Shown one piece after another: positions 1 through 14,098 of a stretch of 64,000 nt of DNA (its first letter is position 1; every line of letters starts with the position of its first letter). The DNA comes from Thalia democratica (lineage: Eukaryota), in the NCBI GenBank assembly GCA_965202585.1, contig OZ241826.1, forward strand, positions 19,282,001 to 19,346,000. The letters are read 5' to 3'. Position numbers and translations under genes: made by a program. The notes under the pieces are model-generated. The model was not told where the DNA came from and searched no databases. It saw nothing but the letters and a program-made list of their open reading frames with translations.

Positions 1-54
1 AGACAAATATAGAAAAAACCAATACTCACATAACTTAGAATCACTTAATAGTTT

Positions 55-430
55 GTTAAGGTCATATTTCAAACTAAATGTTTTTATTGTTTCGACCAAA
101 CACAATAAAGTGACGGGTATAAACACAAACTTTGATTACCAGAACTTTATCTCCAACACGACTAGCACTAAACTTACTAGTACTAAAATATTCAGATTCA
201 GTTTGTTAAAAAATTAAAGTAAATTTTCTTGCTCTACATGAAAAACCTTCTACGTTTTGTTAAAATGCCCATTAGTTACAAACAATTTATTATTCATACT
301 AACTGCAAAATATTTATACTTTCTTTCAACCAAAGGAGATAAAAACCACCACTGATGATCATACGCTTCTACTGACTTCAAATTACCTAGTAGCTTATAA
401 AAATACGCATTTGATATAATATAGCTCTTT
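55..430 (-). pseudogene. Kelch-B-like pseudogene fragment (C-terminal Kelch repeats)
   Basis: Minus strand reads NLKSVEAYDHQWWFLSPLVERKYKYFAVSMNNKLFVTNGHFNKT*KVF, then after a shift RKFTLIF*...SKFSASRVGDKVLVIK...HFIVF. This is colinear with Kelch-B SVEAYDHHENKW...NKMFV...YNKTWEVF..RKFT...SSACCFGNKVVLL...HQFILY, with stops and a frameshift. Confidence 0.75.
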
Positions 431-1235
431 ACTAAATAACATTCTTAAATTTCTCAGTACATAAAAATGTTTAAACTTAAATTGGGAAATACCAGTAAAA
501 CAGAGTGCAAAATCTGAATATACATTGCAACTCTTAATTTTTAATAAAAAAAATTAAATAATAGTTTATTTTGTGTTATTTATGACAATGTGAAAAATTT
601 GTCTTTTATTGTGAAGCTAACATTTGTAATACAATATTTAAAACATAAGCGTAAAACAAAGTACTAACCAAAATTAGTGACTTTCTTGTTTTATAATTAG
701 AAAAACATTTTTAATGAAATGTATAAAAAATACTTAATTAAACAGTTCCAAACAAAACAATTTGGCTACAAACTTAACCAAAAAATAAAATAAATTTAAT
801 TTTTAATAACAAACTAACAACAGGCGTAAACTATTTTTTTAAACTTGATTAAAAAATATATATATCTACGGTTATTTTAATGTTCACAACAACAAGTGAT
901 TTCGTCAAAGTTTCCAAAATAAACAATGAAACCTTTTGAGTTTTAAACTCATTCAAAAATACTTTTGTAAACACTTTTGGTTGACTAATTATTAATAAAA
1001 ATTTCCATTTTTTAAAATGTGCAAATTTTGTAGCTGGAAAATTTTTGTATGGTTTATAAATTATTTCGATAAAATTTTTATGAAATTACAACATTTTGAC
1101 GTAATATTTGAAAAATTTAAACTAAATTTTTCTTAATATCATAAATTTAATAACTTTCTATGAATTTTTTGTAAAATATTTTAAAAGAAAATCATATTTA
1201 ACTGCTTTTTTATAAGAATTTTCTTTAAAGTATTA

Positions 1236-1600
1236 TAGGGGGTGCACCGGAAACAAGAAACTAGTCAAAACATGCCCCTGGTGGAAAGCTTTCATTTGTA
1301 AGATACAAGTGTTTTTTTTTAATTTTCTCACACAAAAATAACTTAAACTTATGCAGAAACAAAGTTATTTTAATTCAATTTATAAACAACAATTTATTTA
1401 AACGACAGTTTATTTAGATTAAAAATAAATAAACAAAGTAACAGGCCAAACGACGGTTATACGCGAGTTTATTTTTGAATGTTTTTTAATCATTATGATT
1501 TAGCATCTGAAAAACTTTCTAAAAAATTTTTTATACAAATTAACTTACCTTTCAAACAAATTACATAATCAGATATAACGCAAAAAATAACAAGTTAAAT
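1236..1600. mobile_element. Dispersed ~360-bp repeat, probable DNA-transposon MITE relic
   Basis: Aligns by eye with 28047-28420 and 45214-45590 (shared ccagtcaaaac..gcccctgg.tgaaagcttt and aatcagata.aacg motifs). Superfamily not determinable. Confidence 0.55.
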
Positions 1601-3582
1601 TATAGTTGTAAAACTACTAGCTTAACTAAAAATATACCTTAATTATTTTTAATTCACTAAATTTAGACTAATTAACTTTTATAAGTTTGGCTACACTTTC
1701 TAAACTGCAGTAAAATTTTATGAACTAAAACACTACAATGTGCCTTTACAGACTTATAACTATTTTAAACAAGTTTTATACTTCAATTTTAGTACTGTCA
1801 ATTTTAAAAAGTTTGTAAAACTAAAATGTATTTTATGGTGATATATATCTAAGTTTTACATTAAACTCTATTATCTTTTAAAATTTAATCTTAGCAAAAT
1901 AAGTAGTATACTATATTCTTTACATTTAATTTTAAAACAACATATGATAAAAGTAGAAGTTTTTAGTTGTTCATGAACTAAATAGTGTTTAGTAGAACTG
2001 TTTGAAACAAAAAAAAAATACAAGCGATGTAACTGTGTTTTATTTATGTTGTTGTTTTTATGTTAAACATTTTAGTAAAAATTATGTTATTAGAAACATA
2101 ATCAGTGTTTTTATAAAACTTAAGTTTAATGATTAATTCTACTAGCAAGCTCAATAAAAACAAATTTTGCATCTGAACTAAATTGTTATTGAAAAACAGT
2201 TAACCTAAATAAACAAACAGTTTTACTATACTAAAAAAACGACAAAATTGAGGAAAAAAATGGGGATGTTTGAAAATAAGTAAAAAAATCAGTAACTTGG
2301 AAAAAATGTCAGATTTTGTCTGTTTAACAAAATTCCTTATTTACCAAAGCCTTATAAAAGTAAAAATGTAATTAAACATCCTCTAAAGTCAGACTAAAAC
2401 TGCAACATATTCCTAAAAAATTACAAAATTACCTACTTTTGAATGCCTTCATCTAGTAAAAATTAGTGTAATTACACAGATAACCTAAAAATCACAAACA
2501 GTTTTTAGTATTGATGATCTGTTGCAAGGACACTTGGATAGTGAAATTATGATGCATACACAAAATTAAACTTGCAGAATTTCAGAATCAAATCTTTTTT
2601 TTTGCTTAACTAAATAGTTAAGTTCTTTATAATTAGGTTCTAAGTTTAGTATCTTGTGTAACAAATTTTTGTGTATACTTTACCTGTTTATAACTTTCTC
2701 AAAATTGTTAAAATTTGAAAAGTGGTTGTAAGACAGATATATGCCATGGTTAAGTTTACTCGTTTTTTGAATTTTTTGTAGAATAACTGAAGTTTTTAAA
2801 ATAAAAAAAAAAGGTCTGTTTGTTGCAAATTTATAGTTAATGGTTATAGAAAATATAAAATTGAAAACTTTATATAGTTTTAAGTGTTTGATTGTGTGTA
2901 TTAAAACACTTTGAATTAAGAATCTGATTTAGAAAAGTCAGGAAACCTTTAATAAAATGTTAGAAAAAAGTTATGAATTTTTTCTCAGCTTGATCTGTGG
3001 CAACCCTGATGTACAGATAATAAAATGGTTATCACCAGTTTATCATGCGCAGTTTTTAAAGTTTTCTGGATTTGTTATTTAAACTCTCACAACTTTAAAA
3101 AATAAGGTTTTATATTATATCTAAACGTCAAGTATGTATTGCAAAAACTTGTTTTCAGTCATGCTCTTTTTAATTTAAAATTTAAAAAACATGTTTACAT
3201 CATATAATAAATTTCAGACAATATTACTAAATAAGTTAACTAAATACAATGGACATATAAAAGAGTAGCTCGTACATAGATTCTTCTCCTAATGTGTGTA
3301 AAACCAGTACCCTTATAATTTAAAACACGAGAAGTAAAAATGTTTAGTTCCAAAAAAAAAATTAGACAGCTACTCTTAAACAATTACCGTACTATTTTAT
3401 ATACAAATCATAAGATTTAAAAAAAATTTACTTATACTATTTTAAAAGATATGGCTTGTAATGTTGACAATACAGTTAACCTATAAAATACAAGTTATGA
3501 ATAAAGTTATACAAACATATAAGTATAATATAAGAATTGAAGCTAAGTATCTTAAAGTTTATGACTCTTTAATGTACAACTA

Positions 3583-3900
3583 AAATAGGGTTACTAAAAA
3601 AAACCTGAATCCTGTAAAAACCCGGAACTCCAAATAATTTTTCTCTTGTAAAGTGGTGAATATTGATAATTTACAAAAATCTGTCATATACAAATAATTT
3701 GTTCTGTATCGATTACAATTCTATTTGTTTTAAAACACATTAAAAGTAGCATTAACGTTTTTTTTTTTGAATATGTTTATACTGTTTATCACCAAAAAGT
3801 TAACTTTATACTAAAAATGTATAAATAAACTTGTAATTTAAAATTAAGAAAAAAAAAACCTAAAAAAATTTTAAAGTTGTTTGTCAAACCTGTTTAATTA
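3583..3900. mobile_element. Degenerate MITE, AGGGTTGCCA-ended family
   Basis: Starts tagggttactaaaaaaaacctgaatcctgtaaaaacccggaa, the same aaaacctggaa subterminal pattern as 6342 and 8379. Confidence 0.45.
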
Positions 3901-4712
3901 AACATACTTAATATTTTAAAACCTAAAACTTTTGATTACTTGTATAAAACAAGTTAATATTTTTTAACGATTGTTAGACACAAGTATGGTTCCCACTCAA
4001 AACTTGCAATAAAAGGGATTAAATAACAAAATACTTAAATCTAAACTTTTTTCATATTTGCTGACCAATATTCAATTATACAACCAAGTTTTTGTGGTGT
4101 TTTTTTGATTTATTGTGGTAATTTTGAATTATGTTTAGTAGCAAATTGATTAGAGTGTTCAGATTTAAAACATCTAGGAACACACTATTAACGTTTTTTT
4201 ATAGATCAATAAATTTGTAGTAACCAAGTTTTTAAATTTTTAAATTCTTATCAGTTAAAAAAAGACTGTATTTAAATCTAACTTAAAAACCTTAACAAAA
4301 TAATATTGTATTTTATACATTTTTTTACCTTTTTTTTAGTTATTAGTTCATAAGTTGAAATAAAATAGCAAACTAATTATTTTTATGATGCAAGTTAGGC
4401 AAACATACTTATTTATAAAAATAAATCAGATTTTAAAAGTAAATAACTAGTGTTTTTAATTTTTGGTAAATGCTAAAAGCATGGTTTCAGTATATTTTAA
4501 ATTATTTTTTTGGTAAAAAACTAAATTAAATAAAATTATTAAAAAAATTGCTTTTTTTACAAGTTTTTATTATCAGTTATATGATATCATTGCATTAGTT
4601 ATAATTGTGGTAGATAGAATTTTGATTTAATTTTTTAATCAATAAAAATTTTAGTATTATACAAAGCTGGGCTTAGTACTCATAAAAAACAGTCATTTCT
4701 GATAATATATTT

Positions 4713-4940
4713 TGGGAGCCGCTCAACTCCAACCGTGATTATTTCTCACATGATCAAATTTGAGAACTGCTTGCCGACCAAGGGTAAAGGTTTGTGGTAA
4801 CAGTATAGTAAAAAATACATTTAAAAAACAATGAGAAAAAAAAAGAATAAATAAATGAATAAATAAACATCAGGAATCAAAAAGTTGTTGGTTGAATTTG
4901 TGCCTAGCTGGTATTTAATTGGGTGGGAAATGATCGCGGC
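4713..4940. mobile_element. MITE with GC-rich palindromic ends (same family as 41930-42175)
   Basis: gggagccgctcaactccaaccgtgattatt...gggtgggaaatgatcgcggc matches the reverse complement of 41930-42175 along its length. Confidence 0.7.
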
Positions 4941-6341
4941 TTAAAATTATAGTTATTTTAAGCATTCTAGTTTTGTTTAAACTAAATAACCTATATTAAA
5001 GTAAATACATATTATGATGTCGCACCATTATAGTGCTGAAAATGTTTGGTTAACCTTATTTTCATATTTCCGCTCTATGTCTTTTTTAACTATTCATGTT
5101 TAAATTAAAACTTAATTTCAAAAAAATAATCCTTTAGTCTTTAACATTTTTATTTATAATCATACTAAAATAAAGATTTTTCGCACAATGTTCAACTAAA
5201 GTAAGAACGTGCTTAATACATAAAACAAAAACAGATATTTTGTAAACAAAAGCGATTAAATATTTAATCTTTATTAGTCTATGACGAATAAATTTAACTT
5301 TGTTGTATATATAGCTTGTTTAAAACATTTGGTTTAAATGCTTCGGATGCAATTTTCTCACGTTCAGCCATGCGTAACATAAACTATTTATTTCCCTTCA
5401 GAATTACTAGTGCATCATTCTACTCAAAACTTCCTACAGGTAGCACTAGCCTTATGGTTTACCTAAACTTTTACTGTTTTAAATGTTTCACATAGAGTAT
5501 TTATAAAGAATATTTTTGTTTGTCATAAGTCTTTTTTTGTTTTGTATTAAAACAGTTAATAATTTTTCAAACCATAAATATATAAAAACAATCTAGGTTT
5601 AAGTTTAATTTATTTGATAAGTTACTAATAATTGTAAGTAAGTTAAAATCTAATTGATTTAAACCAAGTATTAAAATATATACAATTAGACTTTATAGAT
5701 ATTGTCTTTATCATAACACAATTTAAGTTTTTTTTTTTATTATATGTGTTTCACTAGATTAGAATCATTAACTTAAATTAAATATAAAAAGACTTGAATA
5801 ATTCTTTCTAGAATACTTTAAAAAAGTTTTTTTTATAGGATTTTTGGTCAGAACTTAGCTAAAAGTTGTTTACTCATAGCTTTTAAGTTGTGAAAAACCT
5901 CAATCTAAAAGGTATTTGTATTTATTTTATCTAGTTGTTAATAAGCAAAAAAAAAATTAAGTATTTTGTTTAATATCTCTAATAGTTATATTGAAAACTA
6001 ATAAATATAGTACTAACTGCTGGATTATTCAAGTATGTAGAAACAAATTTTAAAAGAAGTTAATTTATACTTACAGCTTGTCAAAAGAATCAAGGAAACC
6101 AACCTGTCTTTAACAAACTTCATCAAAGGAAGTTGGACTAAAAACTGAAGTGTTTTAACTTAATATTACTATTTTTTACTTAAATTATTTAAAGTATAGC
6201 ATTAGTTACGGTCATAGAAGGGTGTCACAGTGTATTAACATGTTAATTTTACATTCAATGTTTTTAGTCTAGCTAGCAGTTGTTATTACTGTTTAGTAAG
6301 TTTCAAATTAGATTGTAAAAATTAACACTGAAAAAAATAGG

Positions 6342-6712
6342 GAGGGTTGCCACAAAACCTAGAATCCTAGAAAAACCTGGAATTTGACAATTTAGTCTAA
6401 AACCCTGGAATTATAAACATTTAAATTTTTTATTTGTAGGTGAAGTAGTGAAACTTTAATATGACACAAAACATCTATCACTTAAGTAAAAAAATTGTTA
6501 ATAGTCTTAATAGTCTAGTTAAATGTGTTTTTTCTTAAAAAATTGTATATAGTAGTTTTACATTATATTTGCAATGCATTTATACTATTTAACTCATTTT
6601 TTTTACCTTTAACTGAAATTTAAATTAACAAAAGACCCAAAAACATGTTTTTTTAAAACCTAAAAGAAATTTTCAAAACCTAAAAACAAATAGCTAAACA
6701 TAAACAACAACC
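6342..6712. mobile_element. Degenerate MITE, AGGGTTGCCA-ended family
   Basis: agggttgccacaaaacctagaatcctagaaaaacctggaattt at the left end, decayed caaccatg at the right end. Homologous to 8379-8762. Confidence 0.6.
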
Positions 6713-7407
6713 ATGTAAAGAGTAAAGCAGGTTCCGTATAAAAGAATTTAGTAAAACAAATATTTTTTCGTATTCTTACTTAGTGTTAAACAATTCTTGT
6801 TCGTTAAAACAAAGCAATATATATTGAATTTCTTTTGATGCTAGTATTTTTCCATTCTTACACAAAACCAACAAAAAGTTAAGTTAAAATTTTATCAATG
6901 CCTCAACAACAAAAATATATCCAAACACACTACTTTTATCCTTCAATTGCTAAAATTTACCATATTCAAAATTTTTAAATAATAAAAATCTAAGAAAATT
7001 TGTTAAATTCAAATGATAACTTTTAACACTAAAGTTAAATTCAGCCCTGGTATTATATTTGCACTTAATTTAATAACCAATATTGTTGTTTGACCACTTT
7101 AGTATTCTTCTCATTACATCAAAAATTTTTAATGAATATTTTTTTTCAAAGGTAAACAACTGTCATGAAAGTATAGACTGATATTAAGAAATGGATGTAT
7201 ATAATTCTTTTAGCATCAAACTTAAAGTTGAACTACAAAAGACTAAATAATATTCAAAATGTTAATTAATATACTTAGTTAATCTATTTGTTAAAATATT
7301 ATAAACGTTTTACATTTTTTGTTAATGAAATTTTTCAACTAACTTTAAATTAAATGCAATAAGTATAAAAATTTTAGTGTTAAAAATATCTAGTTTCTAG
7401 TAACATA

Positions 7408-7760
7408 AGGGTTGCCACACTCTCAGTAAGCTCAGGACCGTTTGAAACTTTCAAAGATCCCAGAATGACTTAGGATCACTCAAGCTAGTTAAAAATTTTA
7501 AAAACTTATATCAGCATGTTTATTTTAGATAAAGACAGGATAATTTAACAAATGTTTCAAAATCACAAGCTAGTTTATTCTGGATCTAAAATAGGAGTTA
7601 GTTATTCCATTTTCAATATTTTGATATTTTAATTTTGCAAAAATTTGAATTATAAAATTTCTCAAAGTTTTCATTTATTCATTTTTAAAGGTTATAAAAT
7701 AAACTCTGGATGACTGAGGAGTTTTGAAGGTTATTCAGTATAGTTTTTTTTTTACTCAAA
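7408..7760. mobile_element. Degenerate MITE, AGGGTTGCCA-related subfamily
   Basis: Begins agggttgccacactctcag. Related ctcagg/gctagtt motifs recur at 8205-8330 and 9715-9770. Right boundary uncertain. Confidence 0.4.
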
Positions 7761-8378
7761 GAATAGCAACCATGTGACATTTTTCTGATATTTTAAATGC
7801 TGGGAAGGGCAAGTCCGGTATCTAATAAAAATAATTACAAGAACTAAACATTTATAAAACCGATTTTTTTTTTATCATAGTCAAAAGTAAATGATATATA
7901 AATAAAAATTTCAATAATACTCATTGATAAAAGTTAAATTCTTATACTTGAAAGTAAAATGAATGGGTTATTGTGAACTAGTAAATTTATTTTAAGTATG
8001 TAACTTTAGCTTGTTTAAAGAAATATTTTTAGGGTTTAAAAAATTTCACATTTAAAGTATTTTTTATCGTTTGCTTTGGCTTATTTTTTCTAAAAAAATA
8101 TTATCAATAATTATTTAATTTTTATATTTATTTGAGTGTGTTTGTTCTGATTTTAACAAGTAATGATAAAATGTAAGAAAAAAGGCTAATATTTAAATTA
8201 ATACAGAGTTGTCACAACCTTTAGGCTAGTTTGAACATTTAAATGTTTTTTTTTGAATAACTCAGGTTGGTTGAGTTTTTTTAACTATTTTCAAAAATTA
8301 AGCTAGTTGGGAGTTTTTCTAAAATTTCAGGTTATTTTTAATGGTATCAAAAACTGTTTTTATTAAATTTGTTTTTAA

Positions 8379-8762
8379 CAGGGTTACCACAAAACCTGAA
8401 ATTTTACAATTTAAGCTAAAAACTCTTCGAAATTGTGAAATTTTGAAAAAAAAAAGCCTAGAATTTTAAACAGTAATCACTACAAAACCTGGAGTTTTTA
8501 GCAATATTTATCTTTTAAGTAGTAAAATTTTGGTTTCTATCATATAGATATTTTAAAAACATTTTTCATCATTAATTTTATTAATAAAAACACATTTAAA
8601 GTAGCTTTACTTACCATTTTAATTTTAATATACTACTTAACACCATTTTAAAACTTAAAGTTTCATTTAATCTAAAAATAGTCACAAACAAGTGTACTTT
8701 AAAAAGCCTTGGAAAATTTTAGAAAACCTGGAAGAAAATTCTTAAAAACCAGTAACATCACT
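8379..8762. mobile_element. Degenerate MITE, AGGGTTGCCA-ended family
   Basis: cagggttaccacaaaacctgaaatttt...aaaacctggag...aaaacctggaag. Same layout as 6342-6712. Confidence 0.55.
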
Positions 8763-9496
8763 GTTTTTTCGTCTAGCTTTGAAGTCCTTATATGAGACAG
8801 TTATTTTTTTTTAGGTTTCAAGCCTTTATTAACTACATAAAAGTCATTTTTTTTTTAGTTTACACATATTTTCTAACAAATTAAAGGTGATTTAATAAAG
8901 CTATTTTATTGTATCTAACACATTATCAAAATAATTTTGCTGTGTCACACAATTTAGGTAGATTAGAACTTTTGAAAAAACCCAGGGTGGTTGGATTTGC
9001 TCAGGCTCTGATTTTTTGTATTTTTAAAACATGTTTTTTTTTTGTTTTACAAATAATTGTTATTTTAATTTTTTATAGGTGTTTAGTTTTTAGGTTTTAA
9101 GTTTGATAAAAATCATGCTAGTTTTTGAAAATCTTTGAACTTTAATTTCATAAAAGTCAAGCTTTATAAAATTATACTTTATAAATAGCAAGAAATTGAT
9201 TCCGATAAGGCTTAAAAACTTGTAATCTCATTTCTTATTTCTAATAAATTACTGAATGATTATTACAGTTTGATCAGATGAATTTGTAATTAGCTGAATT
9301 AGAGAGTTTTTTTTTAATTTTAAATAGCCCCAAACAATATTAAGTAATAAGAATAAAAAATTTTTATTTAACGCTTAAATTAAAAAACTAAAAATAAAAC
9401 CTAAGTATCCTGTAAATAACAGAATGTGATTTATCATTTATCTTTATTTACAGTAAAGTATTTTGATATTTTTTATAAGTTCTTGAGTTTTTCACT

Positions 9497-9658
9497 TAAC
9501 CTTAAAACTTCTAATAAATTTAAATTATAATTAAGATGTATTTGTATGTTTTAAAATAAACTTATTCTATAGTTTTTTACTAAACCTTAAAACTTATAAA
9601 ACATTTAAAATATAATTAAAATGTTTATACATGTTTTAAAATAAACTTATTCTATAGT
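9497..9658. repeat. Local tandem duplication, 2 x ~85 bp
   Basis: ccttaaaactt...tgttttaaaataaacttattctatagt occurs twice head-to-tail. Confidence 0.8.
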
Positions 9659-10830
9659 CAAATTAACTTAAGTCAAGTGCAGTTTGAATTTATTTTAAAT
9701 ACTTATTGAAACTCAAGCTAGTATATAACTATAATTTCAGGATAACTTTAAGAAATTCTGGCTAGTTTAGGCGTTTTAAAACTTCAGACAAATTTTATTA
9801 AAACTGTCTTAAATTTTGTCTCTAGTAAATTAAGTTTGTAATCTCTTGTTTGTAAATTATAGGTTATCAATCTTAACTAAGAGTGTTAGGTTTTAGTTTT
9901 TGACTTTGAATACTATTTTTAAAATTTATATTGTTAAGAATTTAAGTCTGATATAAGTATGTGTTATAGAATATTAGTTGAACATGCTTTAATAACCTAC
10001 TTGGTTTTTTCTAGAATTTACAAAGATATTACATTAGAATTATGGTTTTTAAGGTATATAAAAACTATATAATCTTACCATATATAAATTAAGAAATTTA
10101 ACTTTTATTTAGAAAACCAACCTAAAAGTACTGTTTCTAGTGCTTACTTTAGTGTGCTTAGTTAATTGAACGTTCCACTAGAAAGATATATTTAAATAAA
10201 TTTCAGCACAACTTTTTAATGCATGGTATTAAAATAGAGTTTTAATAGACCATATAAATTAAGTTTTAAATAGGTAAATATATATTTTTTTTTACCAAAC
10301 AGGTATGTCTAAAATTTAAGATAACATTTTTTGAAATATTTGTTATAAATAAATAGTATAAAAAGTTTTGAAAATTGATTGTTTTCATTAGTTAACTCTT
10401 TTTATAAGTACTAATGTTTAAAAATTATTCAAATAAAAAAATAGGATTAATTACTTGAAACTTTTTATTCTTCAAATTGCAATAATTGTATCATCTAAGA
10501 TTTTAAAAGGTATCCAATTGTGATGCGACTCGATAATTAAAAGGTTCATCGTGCACCAAGTCCTAGGACTAAATATTTTGAGCGTATTTTTTTTATTGTC
10601 TTCAATTAACAAAAAATGTATAACTGTATAACAATTTATTTGTGAAGCTGTTTTAAAATAGATAGTGTTTTATTTAATGTTTGTTTGAATTTTTGTTTTA
10701 TGGTTTTCTATATCAAACTAGTTTATATAATTTTTTAAACATACATACTCGTATGAGAGTAAATTATATACTTTTAGTATTCAAAAACATGTTTTACAGA
10801 AGTCTTATATTTATGATTAATAACTTAAAA

Positions 10831-13800
10831 ATGGACAACAACAAAACTCTAAAAGATGACGGTTGTGAAGTAAGTTTATTTTACAATGTTGTGTAGTTTA
10901 TAAAAACTTAAATACAGAACAGTACTAAAATTTTAGACATGTTTTTTATTTTTAGTACATAGCTCGTTGCAAGTTACAAATAAACTTTTTTATTAAGTTT
11001 TAACCGAATATAAAATAACATACTTTTTTTAAATAGTTTAATAAAACAACAGAATAAATCTACCCTTGGAGAAGATTTAGCTGTGTGCGAGCTTGAAACC
11101 TGTGGAAAGCGAGATCTTAAAAGTAGTTTTTATGGAAAGAAAAGATTCTGTTCAAACAGCTGCGCTCATGCTTACTCAGCTAGCTGTCGCAAGAAAAAAA
11201 GAGAAAAGAAGGAAGTTCGACCGAAAAAGGTAAGAATTTATTTTTTGCTGAAATTTGCTTGAGGTTATTTCTTCGAAAAACGTAGGAGGAGGTAGATTTT
11301 AAGTGATTTCTATTTGTTCGCCGTGTTAGTTTGTGCGTCCTCTAAGGAACATATTGTCTTCTCCAACTTTGACCGGCTGTATCTCAAATGTTGTTTTTAG
11401 TTTAAAACATCTTTATAAAGCTACAACTAGCTTAGTTATAGTTTAATAATATAAGACTAAATACCTAATTTAGCTTTTCTCCTATACCCACATTATATAT
11501 ATTTTAAGTATTGAAATCATAATTACCACGAATTTCAGCAAGCTTATAGGAAAAAGGAAACGATAGCAACTAATGGCAGTAACTCACAAAGACCACCTAT
11601 CAGCATGACTATATCTAGGGTTAGTTTAAATTCTAAAGTTTTCGTAAAACTAAAAAATATCTAGAGACAGTTTTTTATAAAACCTTCTATTTTCCTGAAT
11701 AATGTAGTTAAGTGATTAGATGTGTATAATTACTGTTTTATTAGTATTTCAATCGTAAAAACTTCTAGGTTTATCGTAAAAAATGGAAAGTGACAAAAAT
11801 AGTTAGTGACATCCATTCAGATATACAAAATTACGAACCAAAAAAGGCAACAACTTCAGCGGATGCACAGGTAATTTAAAAAAGTTAATTATGTGTTTGT
11901 AGTTACCTCCGTTATATAAATAAAAACATATACCAACAGCAACTAATAACTTTAATTGAAAAGAGTATATAAAATATAAAAATTCTGATTAGTTATTTGT
12001 TAAAGCTTACAGTTATTATTACACGTTATTTAGTTTCAATACTTTAAATACTTGTTATACATAGAATTAATTATTTTATTGATCCAACTTTCAGATTGGG
12101 AGAAGAAAAAGAAAAGAAACAGATATTAGTGATTCAATACAACCGACTATCGAAAGGAAAAAACAAAAAATTTCCACCACCGAAAAGGTAACTTTAAAAC
12201 TATTTTATTTTTAGTTCACTTTAAAAATTAACTTTTTACTACTATTATTTTTAAACAGTTTTCTAATGACTAGTAAAAATATTTTTATTCATACGTTATC
12301 ATTTATAACAAGATAATATCAATCATGCGTATAGTTACACTAAATAGTGGACTTATAAATTTAAGCATTTAATTTAAACTGAATTATAGTATTTAAACTA
12401 AAACGAAATTAATTAACAACAGCAAGAAAACTTCTATGCAACATGTGAGTGGCACAAATGTGGAGTGAGGAAACTCAGGAAAGATTTCATTGGAAAAAAG
12501 AGATTTTGCTCAACACAATGTGCACACGCGTTTTCAGGAAGCAGAGGGGGTAAAGGTGGAAAAGATAAAAAGAAAATTAAACGAGAAATAAAAATTGAAA
12601 AGAAGTGTGAACCACGATCAAGAGTAAAAAGGCAGCGATTAAATAAAAAAATATTGGCTGAAAACAATGCTATACAAGAAGTAGCAGAACAATTAAATAT
12701 GGAAACAGTGGATGATCAACAAGAAACAGCAGATCAAATTGAAACTCCTGCAGATAAGTAAGCAGTTTAATTATTTGTTAGAATAAACTTTTAAAAACAA
12801 TGTAGCTAAATTTAGAAACTACTTATGTACATTAAATAAATGCTATAATACTGTATATATATATATATTTTGAAGTTTTAACAAGGTTTTCTATTAACTC
12901 ACGTAAAACAAAAATCTTTAAAAGTTTATTTTTGCATATAGTTTATTTTTTACATTAAAAGCCTAAAAGAGTATACAACAACTTTTCCTTAACTTATGTT
13001 TACCTTTTGACTTTTTTGCAGTGAGAACGACCATTACCAAAGACAATATCCTGATCTACCAAGAAAAAGTAACTTCTGGAAAGAAGTCTTTCACAATGGA
13101 TTTCATGGTGGTGATTATTACAATGATTATTTAGATGGGCATTGTCATGAAATTCTTGATCGAATTTATATGGTCCTTTCACAAAAATATTACATGAACG
13201 CTTTCAAATCAGTCTTTGAGGTTAGTACAAAACTTAATGAAATATTTGATAAAAATTTGTTTATAAAATTGATTAAACTAAAAATTATTTGTTTTTAACA
13301 GCCACTCTTGAAAAGTATGAAGACACATGAACCAGAACTCACTAAGCAAGAGTTGAAATTGCGAAAGTACGAAATATTCGATAGACTCGTCGTGGCAGTG
13401 ATTGGCGCCTTCAACAAATATGGTGTTGAGTGTTACAACTTGTTCAGCAACAACGGAACCCACCAACCAAATCCTGAGTTTGATGAAAGCAAAAAGGATG
13501 ATCTGGAAGATCGACTTTATTCACACCTTAGAGACGAATTCATTGATTTACTCGAAAACCAGCAAAGTGAAAACGAGCTCGGTTCAGACGAACTCGACAG
13601 ATGCCTGCAAGGATTCACTGACCTTGTTGACAGTGATGCAATTTACCAGACTTCCATCATTATGAACATCATCAAAGGTATTATTCAAATTTATACAATA
13701 TGTCGTATATAAAAATTAACTACACTTTTACCGATGTTTTATTCAATTTTGCATATTATATTATTTTAATATTATTATTGCATACACATAATTTGAAAAT

Positions 13801-14098
13801 CTGTTTAGCGGTGAAACTGAGTAATTATAATTTAGGTAGTAAACTACATTTTAAACATATGAATCTTTAATTTAAACTGATTCCTGTGATATACTTGTTT
13901 CAACCATATATCTGATCAGGTTACCAAATTCCTGCTGATCCAGTAAAACACCTTAAAAGTGCAGTTGCCGGCATCTTGATGGAAAATTTCAAAAAACAAA
14001 GGTTCTTTGTAAAGCGCTCGAAACAAGAAACTACTGCTGTTTCTAAGAAAGCCAGGAGTTCAGGATACATGTCAGATTTTGCTGACGGGGACTGCTAG
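10831..14098 (+). CDS. Nine-exon gene, 526-aa nuclear protein with two FCS-type zinc fingers and an unknown C-terminal domain
   Basis: join(10831..10869,11053..11229,11539..11619,11769..11870,12095..12187,12423..12757,13022..13220,13302..13677,13920..14098) = 1581 nt. All introns are GT-AG, phases are consistent and there is no internal stop. Starts MDNNKTLKDDGCE, ends DFADGDC*. Fingers: CELETCGKRDLKSSFYGKKRFCSNSCAHAYS and CEWHKCGVRKLRKDFIGKKRFCSTQCAHAFS. Several K/R-rich NLS-like tracts. Confidence 0.88.

Noticed and set aside
5270-6150. Possible isolated exons (minus MAEREKIASEAF near 5375; plus exon after ttacag at 6076)
   Set aside because: No partner exons, paralog or motif support.
8909-9100. 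Short AT-rich ORFs (8909, 15534, 21750, 23463, 25145, 43057, 47122, 52175)
   Set aside because: F/L/I/K/N-biased chance ORFs, several with non-ATG starts, with no motif or splice support.
12434-13665. ORF-track ORFs 12434-12667(-), 13000-13182(-), 13278-13466(-), 13402-13665(+)
   Set aside because: Antisense or alternative-frame shadows of true exons of the FCS gene.
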